From the NCBI GenBank assembly GCA_965153455.1, contig OZ234493.1, positions 35,578,213-35,642,212 on the forward strand: a stretch of DNA of 64,000 bases, given 5' to 3'. The position numbers were made by a program, and so were the translations under genes. Positions 50,401-62,083 of this stretch are shown one piece after another. Under the pieces are notes generated by a model. It was not told the DNA's origin and did not search any database. It worked only from the letters and a program-made list of their open reading frames with translations. How positions within the stretch are numbered: position 1 is the stretch's first letter; each line of letters starts with the position of its first letter. Origin of the DNA: Sphagnum compactum (lineage: Eukaryota).

Positions 50401-53211
50401 TGCTGTCCAGTTCATAAGTGCCTGCAAGATGCTGCAGTTTCCTAATTTCTGGATTTGAGTTCTAGACCAATCTCATGGATTCTGTGAACTTCTGAATATG
50501 GATTTCCTCATGGATTTGAGTTCTGGACTGATCTCAATTCTGTTGATTTTTTGAATGTGGGATTCTTCCTGGATTTGAGGAGTTCTAGATTGAATCTAGG
50601 CTTGCAGCTGGGATGTGTATGATCTGCAAGCACAGCCTAGTGATTTATGATGACTTTTGATAGATCATATTGTGGGATCATGAAATCTGGCAGGCTGTTG
50701 TTGATGGGGTTGATGTACTCAGTCTTTCACTGGGACCCAACAGTCCACCAAATGGTGAACCCAGCACCTTCTTGAACATCTTGGATTTGGCACTGCTCAA
50801 TGCTGTGAAGGCCAATGTGTTTGTTGTCCAAGCTGCTGGAAATGGAGGTCCTTATCTCAAGACGGTTACTTCTTTCAGTCCTTGGGTGGTCACTGTTGGC
50901 GCAGGGGTTGATGATCGCTTGTACCCCAATAAACTTACTCTTGGCAATGGGGTCACCATTCCAGGTGTCACATTGGCACGTAAGAAGACTCTTCAAATCC
51001 TCACTCTCTCATGTGTGTGTGTGTGCTCCTCCTGCTGCTGCTGCTGCCACTGCCTGGGTTTTAGTTCTCATCTCAATTTTGTAGATTTTGTAGATAGATC
51101 CTTAGACAGGCTGAAAGAAGCTGCAGATCTGTAGCTTTTTTTCCCACAAAATCTGGTAGATGGGCATGTAGAACTACATGATCCAGGAATTGTCACTGCA
51201 AATCTTGTTCTTCTTCCACCATTTGATGATCTTAAAGATTTGAGTTTTTCTGTTTTCTGGTATTTTTGCAGCACCAACTCCTGGGCTTGGTGTCTATGAC
51301 ATGATTTTGGCTGATGATGCGGTGGTGACTGGCAAAAGCAACCCTCTCTTCACTCCCGCTGATTGCCAAGTACCTTCTCTTTTCAACAAGGTTTTGGTGC
51401 ACGGGAAGCTCATGATTTGTACCTATTCCTTCAACTTTGTGTTTGGAGGGGCTTCAATGCAAACTGTGGTGACTACACTTCAAGCTTTAGGAGCAGTTGG
51501 TGTGGTCATGATGGTGGATTCAGACTCATCAGGCCAACAATACTCTCCAATTCCTCTTCCGATTCCAGCCATTGTCCTTGTGTCTTATGCAAATTCTCAG
51601 GCATGGCACCGGCTCATAATCCCTACCCACCAATTCCTAATCCCCACTTCCTAATCTCTCTACTCTCTAATATTAATCATGTAGGTATTTTGGCTTGCAT
51701 CTCAATTCTTCTTGTGAATTCCGTCAAATACTTAACGCCTAAAGCCTAAATCAGCTGTCCAACCATGTTGTTAGAATGGTAAGTTTTGTCTGTTGAACTT
51801 ATCTGCAAATTTTCACTGTTACAGGCTCTACTTCACTATTATAACACACAAACAATCAAAGGCACAAATGGCAAGGCTTCCCAATTTGGAGCAAAAGCTA
51901 AGATTGGGAATGGGCAGATTGCCAAGTACAGTGGCCAAGCACAGCAAGTGGCTCTGTTTTCATCAAGGGGTCCAGATGTCATGGACTTCAATTTTGATGT
52001 TGCAGATGTCCTTAAGCCTAATGTCATTGCACCTGGAAGCCTCATCTGGGGTGCTTGGACACCTATTGCAATCGATAGTCCCAACTTCTTGGGTGAGTGA
52101 GAATCCCATTGCCATGATATTAATTGCAACTCCCATCTGTCCCAAATTTAATCATGTAGTCATGTGCCCGATTTGGTTGTACACAATCAGTGTGCACATT
52201 GAATCATGGAGTTCACAAACAAGGAAGTACTTTCAAGCTTGCTGACTGATGTGATGATACAAAAAAATTATTTGTGGTTTTCCAGGTCAAAGGTGGGCAA
52301 TGATGTCAGGAACCAGTATGGCAACACCGCATGTTGCAGGTCTTGCAGCATTGCTGAAAGAATTGAACCCTCTTTGGAGTCCAGCAGCCTTAGCTTCAGC
52401 TATGGTAACAACAGCAGATGTCAAGGATCGTTTCGGTCAGCCTCTCCAGGCTCAGCAAGTGTCAGCAGGGGTTAACCCAACGCTGCAACCAGCCACACCG
52501 TTTGACATGGGTGGTGGTGCTCTTAATGTTAATGCTGCCCTCAATCCAGGAATTATCTTCGAGGCAGGTGAGTGTGGGATCTTTGGTAATTTTTCTGATT
52601 TCAGCAACACATGATTTTCACAGTTTGGAAGTCTGGTCCCTGGTTATTATTATACACACAATACTGAGAAAAACATTGAGACCTACACCAAAATTGCATA
52701 ATTTCTGTTTTGTAAATGGACTGCAAACACAAAAACTATTCTGCTATGTAATGATTTTTTGTGTGTATTCTTGGATGACATTTGGGAAACAGGAATACAA
52801 GACTATGTAAACTTTCTTTGTGCCACCTCAGGGATAACTCCAAGGCAAGTTTCTGCATCAACAGGCAGATTGTGCCCAAAAACCCTTGGCAGATCAACGG
52901 ACCTTAACATACCGTCAATCACCATTACCAATCTACAAGGTACTCGAGTCATCCCAAGAACTGTGAAAAATATCTCACCTAAACCAGAGACCTATACCAT
53001 CACTTGGATTAGCCCTGCTGATGTTGCGGTGACTGTTAAGCCTACATCATTTACTGCTGGCATCGGTCGACTACAGTTGCAACAAATAACCTTCACTTTG
53101 AGAGCTACCCGAGCTTCAACAGCCACCTCTTTTGGACTGGTCACATTTACAGGCCACTTAGGTCATAGTATTCACATCCCAATATCCATTCTGAACAAGA
53201 GTCTGACATGA
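47459..53211 (+). CDS. Subtilisin-like serine protease (S8A, SBT2 clade), tandem paralog, 10 exons, ~865 aa
   Basis: Exons 47459-47742, 48310-48472, 48790-49187, 49934-50029, 50183-50255, 50694-50979, 51272-51600, 51825-52092, 52286-52567, 52793-53211 sum to 2598 nt in frame. VDTGIDP, HGSHTAS, AAGNGGP and SGTSMATPH are intact. The start may instead be ATG 47483. Confidence 0.96.
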
Positions 53212-56200
53212 GTTTGGGGCTTTAATAATTCCACACGTTACTTGTCCCCACAAAAACAGATGGGTCAAAAGATTGATCCCCCAATAAAACTGGCGCTCGA
53301 AATGTCTCGAAATGCCCCCCGTTAAATCCTGGTAAGCATGGAGCTCAGGTTGAAAGAGTCTGTGTGTTTTTTGTGTATTTAAAAATCAAGTAATATCCTT
53401 GGCTGTCAATTGACCTTAATTAAGTCCTTCAACTTCCGCTAGCCAATATTCAACACTCTCCAACAGACAAAATGAGGAGAATCTGACAAATTCCCTTATA
53501 GCTGGAAAGAAGAAGGGAAAGGTAATACAAATCTTCGGGCTCATTCTCCATGTTTTTCTCACAAAAGTCAGGTACCACTTAGAACATCGGGGAACCCATT
53601 TGTCATCATCAGTTGGGTTAGTAATAAATCTGGTTCCTTTTTCTGAATTTGCTTCCAGACGGATTTCAGGGAAGCAGCAATTAGATGAATCATGCAATCT
53701 TTGTCTTCTAAAATGCATGACCCATTCTTCAGAATTTGTTAAAGATTTTCTTTTTTCTTTTTTGTTGGGGTATCTAGGAGTTGAGCTGGCCACTGATCAG
53801 CTGACCACTTCTTAACTATTTAAGAGGGTTTGATTCCAAATCTGAAGTGCTCAATCTGATGTAGTGAACTGTGTAATGGAACGGTGCTTGTCCAGCCTTA
53901 CCCACTTGTCACCCAATTTCCCTGATATTTTCAACAACAATGGCATTCCAAACTATCACAAAAGGAGTTTTGCCACAATTTGTAAATCAACTGACGTTGG
54001 TTTCGAACTTTGCACATAAAACTACAAAAACATTATCCAATTTATAATACAGTTCAAGTGCAGAATTAAATTATTCCTTAAGTTTTCTTTTATGTCCATG
54101 AACTGTTATAATATTAAGTTTCCATTATAGCCAATTGTTTGTACACTTTATGCTCATTACTTTGTGAACATTCCAAAGTGCAATTGTTGGCACATGTATT
54201 GTGGCTAAGAAGTTAGTGATATGAGTTGGGTTGGTGATGGCAAAACATGCAATGAAGGCAATAGAATTGGTGATAGGGTGTTAATGGAATGAAGCAAGGA
54301 TGGTTTTTTGGCATGGATGGGGTTGAATTCAAAGGGGTGCACTATACTTCAAAGGTTTGAAGCTTTATGAAGGTAGACAAAATGATGTCAAAAGGAGTTA
54401 GTCATGTGAATTAAATGGGGTACAAAACTTGTGAGCATATGTAGGTTTTTCCAAGTTTTGGGCACAAAACGTTTAGCAAAGAGATGCAATGGATTGAATA
54501 GTTTGAGTGAGGCATGTTGTCACGTCCTTCCATAGAACCATACATGATAGTTTTGCATCATTTGACCAAGATATGTTATAAATGTATTTCATGATTTTGG
54601 CAAATGTTAAATAGTTTGAAGTTGCTTTTAATGTATTTGCATCATGACATAATGATATGTATAATATTAGATAGTTTATTGTAAATAGTTATGATTTTAA
54701 AATAATGCATAAAATTATCATGTATTCATGTCCAACAAGTTCCTTAATTGAATCTTAAAACTAGATATATGTTTAATTCTAGTGATGTAGGACTTGGTTT
54801 ATATGGGGTGGTTTGTAAAAGAATTTGTATGTCACTTTTACATGACTATTCTGGTCATAGGTCATCCCTAAACAATTCCAAGAATAATTCTAGAGACAAC
54901 TCATAACTATTTCATCATTTCCCAACTTAATTACCTCATTTTTTAATAACTATTTAATTTTTTTCCCTTAACCCATTGTAGGAATATGAAAAAAAGCCCT
55001 ATTTCATTTTCAAGCTTAACTACCTCATTCTTTTATTAACAACTATCTCATTTTCAAAAATAACTACCTCTTCTTTTTACCTTACCCACCATAGATATTA
55101 ATATTTAACATAATTTAAATTAAATTTGAAATTGATATAAATATTAACGAGATATTGAAAACCAAATGGAACATAATAAGAAAAAAAAGTTTGAATGTCA
55201 TTGGTAGTGTGCAACAACACAAAGCCCAAGTTCAAATTATATAAGAGAATTTATATAAATTTAAAGACATAAGGCCCTATTAAGGTCAATTCCCATGTGC
55301 TTGAGCCTAGAATTGGTGGCACCTCTTTGTTGATAAAATTGATCAATGCCACCACTTTCATAGGTTCAATGCCACAATCAATTTAACTATCTCTAATTTC
55401 ATGTTTCAATTACATAGCCCAAGTTTTCAAGCTCTTTATCCTACAATTGTTGCTCTTGTTTTTTTTCTCACATTGAATATGAGTCTTCTTGTGTAAAGTA
55501 CCTAAAGGAAAGGGCATCCTAAACTTAACTAGGGATTCCTAATATAGTTGTTCATTCCCAAATTGTGTCCAAATTGTATAATTGAAAACTTTCAAAAAGG
55601 ACAGTAAGATATTAAACTCACATCCCCCAAATTTATAAGCCTTTAAAGTTTTGAAACACCAAATTGCCAATATGGAGAAAGGTTCTCATGTAATTTAAAG
55701 AACTTGTCTTTTCCACCTGCCCATGAAAACCTATAGAAATTTATGTTGAAGGCAATAATGTTTTTTTTCCAATAGTCAAAAGTAGACTATATGTTGAGTT
55801 TGTGGTGAGGTTTGGTTTTAAATTAAATTCAAACTAGACTAAATCATTTTCTTGTTTTGTAAATTGCATAAGTGAAAGGTTCAAAGATTTCTTGCTAACA
55901 AAATGATATGCATAATGAAAACTTTGTTACTTAGACCTAATTGCAAGGAGATAAGTTATAATGCACCCAAAACTTATGAAGTTTCCATCATTTGCATTTT
56001 ATATGAAATGCATTATTTGGGATATTATCACCACCTCCTTTCCACCTTCCCATTGTACCTTCCGATGATGTTTTTCAATTGTTTGGCAATAGTTTGCACT
56101 AAATAAACAAATCTATACTTGAACAAAGAAAATCTTATCAAGGTTAACTTATCATCATTCTTATGTTGAGGAGCTAGTTAAAAGCTCAATCCACTATTGG

Positions 56201-56671
56201 ATCTAAAATGTTATTGGGCGCCATGGGCCATCAAATGGGGTCCCATCAACAATTGTCCCATCCTTCACTTTTACCATTTAAAAAATATCTTGCCCAACTT
56301 AACCCATTCATGGTGACTCATTCCAATTCCTTTTAGAGGTTATGTTACAACACTATGTCAAACACATGTAGACAAATAGGAATTTCTTAAATGAAACTTT
56401 TTTAATAGAATAGTTAAAATTCTAAGAAAATAAATAAACAAACAAATAATCTCTTAAGAAAGCTTTTAGCTACATAAGTGGCAACAAGATGACAAAAGAA
56501 AGAGATCAATTGAATATGGACAACATCTTGGAGGGATTTTTTTTTATTGGAAAATAAAAATGGAGAGTTGAAATATCAAAAGAGTATGTATTTAAGTAAC
56601 CATTGGAAATGAAGAGAATCTTTTATACATACGTCTGAGAATTACTAACGTTCAATGAGAAGCCCCCATTA

Positions 56672-57105
56672 TTCTTGTTGAAAGTGAAGATCTCGTCTAC
56701 AGGTCAAACAATTTTAATGTCCATAACAAATTGCAATTAAACTCTTGTTGAAAGTGAAGATCTTGTCTACTAGTCAAACAATTTTTAATGTTCATGATAA
56801 GTTGCAATTAAACTCTTGTTAAAAATGAAAATCTCGTATACTAGTCAAACAATTTTTGATGTCCATGACAAGTTGCAATTATTCCTCATGTTAGAATTGA
56901 AAAATATCTCCTTTGCAAATATGGTGAAAGAATTGTTAATGTTCCTAACAAGCTTTAATTGAAAGTGAAAAGAATTTCCTCTAGAGGTCAAGCAATTGTT
57001 AATGTCCACAACAAGCTCCAATTCTTACAAATTTTTGTAAGAAGTGAAAAGGATCTCTTTTTAAAATCAAGCAATTCCTAATATCCATGACAAGTTCAAA
57101 TTTCT
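56672..57105. repeat. ~72-bp tandem array, about 5-6 diverging copies
   Basis: tcttgttgaaagtgaagatct.gtctac.agtcaaacaattttt.atgtccat.acaagttgcaatt recurs. Confidence 0.85.
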
Positions 57106-58404
57106 CTTTTCACTACAAAAAATCATGATTTTAAAAACTAGAACAATTAATCAAAAAAATTTTTTTTTTGTATTTTTATTTCATTATCCAATTTGAACGA
57201 AGTGCCATTTTGAACAAGTTGTTTAGGTACCATTTGTTTTGACTAGTCTTTTCAATTATTGTTTTGAATATAGTCAATATGTCAAGAAAAAATCTTGCCT
57301 CATTATTATTATTATTAAAAAATAAATTTGGCAATTATTTATTAGTGTTAGATAGATAAATAAGTAGGTAGGTAACTTACCTAACCTCTAGATAACCTAT
57401 TACTTCAACCTATGTTTATCAAGTGGGCTTTGCTATTTATTATATTATATAGAAATATCTAAAATTTTCACTTTTTAAAACTTTTTACATTTCAATAGGG
57501 CACTTGATTTTTGTCACATTCGTACATTTTATGTACATTAGTATCTATGATGTTTATGGTTAGACTTTTGAGCCAAAGAAATTTGTTTAAACATTCATTA
57601 TGAGTCTTTGAACTTTTTTCAAGAAAACAAATCTTGAAATGGTGTTTCAAGACTTGGTAGGAATTTTGAAACTTGTTTAAATTTGACATGCTATGCATAA
57701 AATAATATTTTAGTAATGTATCTATCCATGAAAAAAATCAAACTTTCAATATGAATGTCCCATTAAATTATAACAATATGTTTAAATGAAGGGGTTCATT
57801 GTATATAAAAAAAGATAGTCCTTTTTGATATTTCAACCATGCTTTGACCTTAAGCAAATGATCATGGATTCGAAACATTTTTTAAAAAAATAATGAAAAA
57901 AATAGGCACAAAAATGCATCCAAAGGAACCAAAAAAGATGTCAAATAACAATAAAAATTACAAACTATAAGATGATTTATTTATCTACATAGATTTATTT
58001 ATATTTTTTCATTTGAAAATTATGGTAATCAGTGCAAAGTTATGTTAAATGACTGAAATAAATGTGAAAAAATTCAAATTAAAAATCCATATACTAAGTT
58101 TTGGCTAAATAGTCAAAAAATAATCTACTAAATAATTCATAATCTTCCATACTTAAAAGTTATAACAACCCACCAAAAACATTTCTAGTTGATTCCAATG
58201 AACAAATCCAAACAACTAAAGTCAATCTACTTATACATTCTTTACAAGCTGATTTATAAATTTTGTTTAGACAACGCAAATGATGATGATCCATTTGAGG
58301 CGAGACCAAACACACCATTTGTACAAAATTCCAATTTAATAGTAGATCCAAGATTTTGGCTAACTATAAGCATAATGTATAGTAATCAAGTTGATATAAA
58401 AAAA

Positions 58405-58882
58405 CATTACAACAAAATGAGTCCCTAATTGTCAAATGTTTTAACTTGATTTTGAGTGAATTCACTAATCTTATTGATTAAAATCTAACGGGGTTTAAGT
58501 GAATTCATCCGTCCCACTCAATCGAACCTAGAGGGGATTGAGTGGAGTCACTGGTCGGTCCCAGTGGACGCGAACTAATGAACTGTACTCACATTTTGTA
58601 ATTGGTCAAGTGGACCAGAACTAATGAACTGTACTCACATTTTGTAATTGGTCAAGTGAACGAGAACTAGTGAACTGTACTCACATTTTGTAATTGGTCC
58701 AGTGAACAGAAACTAGTGAACTGTACTCACATTTTGTAATTGGTCCAGTGAACGAGAACTAGTGAACTGTACTCACATTTTGTAATTGGTCCAGTGAACG
58801 GGAACTAGTGAACTGCACTCACATTTTGTAATTGGTTCAGTGAACTGAAACTAGCGAACTGTACTCACATTTTGTAATAGGG
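58405..58882 (-). mobile_element. CACTA-type MITE copy 2, with 7 x 46-bp internal tandem expansion
   Basis: cattacaacaaaat...ttttgtaataggg termini with aaa flanks. Units gaactagtgaactgtactcacattttgtaattggtccagtgaac start at 58572, 58618, 58664, 58710, 58756, 58802 and 58848. Confidence 0.85.
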
Positions 58883-59081
58883 AAAGCTAGTCAAGATTGT
58901 AAGATGAATATATGAATGAGTGCACCAAAAATGGCAAATGAATACATCCTTGGCATAAATCCATGTCCATTGAGAAATTGGTTGGGGAATGGGTTGCATG
59001 AATAGAAGGAATCAAGGAAGTTGTTGTATTGAGAATAACATGAAGAGTTTGTTGGAGTGATGATGGTATTATGTTGTTTTT

Positions 59082-60171
59082 TTATGTTGAGCTTGTAGTG
59101 CTGGAGCTGCGGAGCAAGCTTGTGGTAGCGCTAGAGCTTGCAAGGGTGGTGGCCGATTCAGGAATGGCATGACCAAAGCCATTTCTGGCAGGTGGTGCAT
59201 ACGGACTCAGAATCATGATGATGGCACCCACCAAAAGTGGCAAGGATTTCACCACCGCACTTCGAATGTGCGGGTAGTAACAAGTCTTGACAGGAGCTGT
59301 CAGAAGTGAGAGCACCAGAAATGCCATCACGGACAAACTCGCATTCACAAAGTCGTAAAACCTACAGTAGTAGAATTTCATACATCAATTAAGGTCCTGG
59401 AGTTTTAAAGATGAGAATGGAATTTCATGGGTTTCACTAAATTTGTTACGTACTATCAACCACAATGGGTTTATAAGATTCAATCTTAAGTTCATTAATA
59501 TAATGATCGCTCATGTTTTGACATTCATGAATTGCAATCAGATCAACTTGCAATTGTGAATCAGACTCTGATCTGATAGAATTCAAGATTGCATAGTAGT
59601 AGTAGTAGTTGTTGTAGTACCTGAGATTGTATTTTCCATTCCCACCGGTATAAAAAGGGCCAGTAACATCCGGCAATCCGGAGCCGACGAAAAAGGGATT
59701 CCACAGCCCTTGTGTAGTGACAACGCCGTAGTAAACAACGCCAGTGGGTGCCTTGTAGCTGTCCGTGAAGCAACTGAAGGCGCAGATGACGCTGAGGACA
59801 CCGATGATCACACCAGTCACCACCTTGTCCGTGTGCCCGCAGCGGCCATCGTTTGTGCTGAGGGTGGCCAGTGCCTGGAACAGCAGGAACGTGCCGGTGG
59901 GCAGTAGATTGGAGAGCTGGGTCAAGATGTCAAGGGATTTTCCTTGCGAGTTCTGGGCTGTTCTCGACATCCTCTGCACCACAGCCTTCACCAGATCCAC
60001 CAGCCAGCAACACAAATTATTAGAATCAGCTGCAGCAGCAGCATTTATACTAGACGTTGTAGATGTGGCCCGTAGTAAATCTGTGCTCTTGGGTAGTCGT
60101 ACTCCGGCAGCAGCAGCTCCATAATTACTAGGCTGCTCAGCAAAAGTGCTAACTGTAATATGAGTACTCAT
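59082..60171 (-). CDS. DMP: DUF679 domain membrane protein (DMP family), 2 exons, ~276 aa
   Basis: Exons 60171-59621 and 59361-59082 (GT-AG, phase 2) total 831 nt. Hallmark motifs: LSNLLPTGTFLLFQ, N.G.C, FSCFTDSY, YYGVVT..GLW, YNLRFYDFVNA.LS, CYYP, LP..VG. Confidence 0.93.
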
Positions 60172-60944
60172 TGCTATAGCTACAGATCAGGAACAATAGT
60201 CAGCTACTCAGTCTTTGATTTCGAGTCTTGACCAATTGTACCCAATTGCAGCTAGACTTTCTTTTAATGGGCTGCTGGTACCAGAGCAATGAGTTGAGAT
60301 GAAAACTCTGATCATCGACCAGCTGCGCCTCACAGACTGATTCAACATGAGATTGCAATGAGAACTAGAGCTCTGAAACTCTCATGCAATGTGGTCCTGA
60401 TCTATAAGACTATCAGGGAGCTAGGCTTATATAGCTCTACTAGAGGTGGACTCAACGTTTTGCTATGGACAGAAACTGGCCGCTTTAGGATCATGGAGCT
60501 GTACATAGACTTCTTCTCTCAAACAATGGTCAATGTTTTGGCGATGAAACGCCGAAAGGAATGGAATAATTTTTGCTTGATCAATCTTCAGGGAAGAATA
60601 TCCATTCAGAGGTACACTGGTCGATCAAATGGGAGATCACGAGGAAGAAGAAGAAAAGTATTGCAGAGAAGTTCTCCTCCTCTTCCTCCCCTCGTCAGAC
60701 CTCCTGCCTTCCATCCTTCCTTCATTCCTCGAGTGCAGGTTGGAATGACGAAGCTTGCGTGCACGCCATTTGTGGCTGCCTGCACACTCACACCATCTCC
60801 GAAGCAACAGTACTTTGCTGGAAATGAAAGAAAGGGAAAAGGGGGGGGGGGGGGTGCCAATTGTACTACTTACATAAAATTACAAAAAGTGCCTTGACCT
60901 TCCATCCATCTGCAACAGAGCTGCAGTTTGTTTGTGATTCTGTT

Positions 60945-61137
60945 ATATCCGTATAAGTAACGATATTTTATTAAATCTGGGTATGAAATGCTGAAACTCA
61001 GCATTTAATGCACAAAGTTCGAGAGGAACTATATAGTAGATGTACAGGCAAGAGCAGTGAAAATATACGTAGCAGCAGTGGAGGCACTCAGGGAAAGAGA
61101 AAGACGGTGAAACTCAGTTTACCACCAAAATTGATGG
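60945..61137 (-). repeat. Dispersed element copy B (inverted relative to 37441-37722)
   Basis: Reverse complement reads ccatcaattttggtggtaaactgagtttc...cctgagtgcctccactgctgctacgtatattttcactgctc...tgtgcattaaatgctgagtttcagcatttcatacccagatttaa. Confidence 0.88.
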
Positions 61138-61930
61138 TTTTCTGAGTTTTGCCATATTGAATGCTAATGTATTTTTTTTGTAGTTTTCTTTTTGAGTATC
61201 ACCCCCATTTATGACCACACTCAAGGTCTGGTGCAAGTGTTTTCCTTTACTTTGCGGATAACTCTATTGTTTTGCTACATAATCATAAATGGGATAAATG
61301 TTACTATCTATCATCATCAGTGTTTGTTTTTCTTTTTTTTGGGGGCGAATTTCACAACGTGGCGAATTTTTTTCAAAAAATGAAAAACAATTTGAAGTGT
61401 GCAATCCAATCAAAGCAACTGAAGGCATCATTTTATTTTCCCTTTAACACAGGGGGCCCAGACGGACCCTTTCAGGAATCCCAGCAGCATATGACAATCT
61501 TAATACCCATCATCCAAAAGCATGGTAGTAAAGCAACCTTCCTTTGCCAACTCCACTTGCAGCAAATTGGCCCACAGTGAACCAGCACTAACTCACCAGT
61601 GCACCGTGAAGGATGGATGAAAAGTGGTCAGGAAACAGTTTTCTGTTAGGTTTCAGTTCCGTAGTTAACCATGGTGGTTAGCTGAGTTGCCTTTTTTAAC
61701 TACCTTTTTACTAACAACCCACAAGCAGGTTGTTGCTAGGTAGGTGATAAAAAAACAGCCCTTACCTATGTATCAAATTTTTACCTAGTAATTTACCTAT
61801 TTTTCTACCTAAATATGAGACCTGTTTCCTAACAAATTGGTTACACATTAAATCAAAACCCAAAAACTCAACCCAGGTCTGGACTTCAAGTGTAGCAAAT
61901 ATCCAATTCCCGTGAAAAAGAATTTTCACT

Positions 61931-62083
61931 CATTACTACAAAATGTGGGTGCAGTTCACTAGTCCCTGTTCATTAGACCAATGAATTCATTACTTTTTGA
62001 TTGGTCCTCGTTTGTTACACGAGTGAATTCACTCAAAATTCAGTGAAATCATTTGATGTACAAGGACACTTTTTGTTGTAGTG
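61931..62083 (+). mobile_element. CACTA-type MITE copy 3 (153 bp)
   Basis: cattactacaaaatgtggg...ttgttgtagtg (reverse complement CACTACAACAA) with 3-bp TSD act/act. Confidence 0.85.

Noticed and set aside
58560..58880. CRISPR-like array
   Set aside because: Units are head-to-tail with only ~5 variable nt and no unique spacers. There are no cas genes, the context is eukaryotic, and the unit derives from a CACTA MITE end.
60358..60897. 179-aa + strand ORF upstream of DMP
   Set aside because: No domain similarity; composition reflects simple repeats in promoter sequence.
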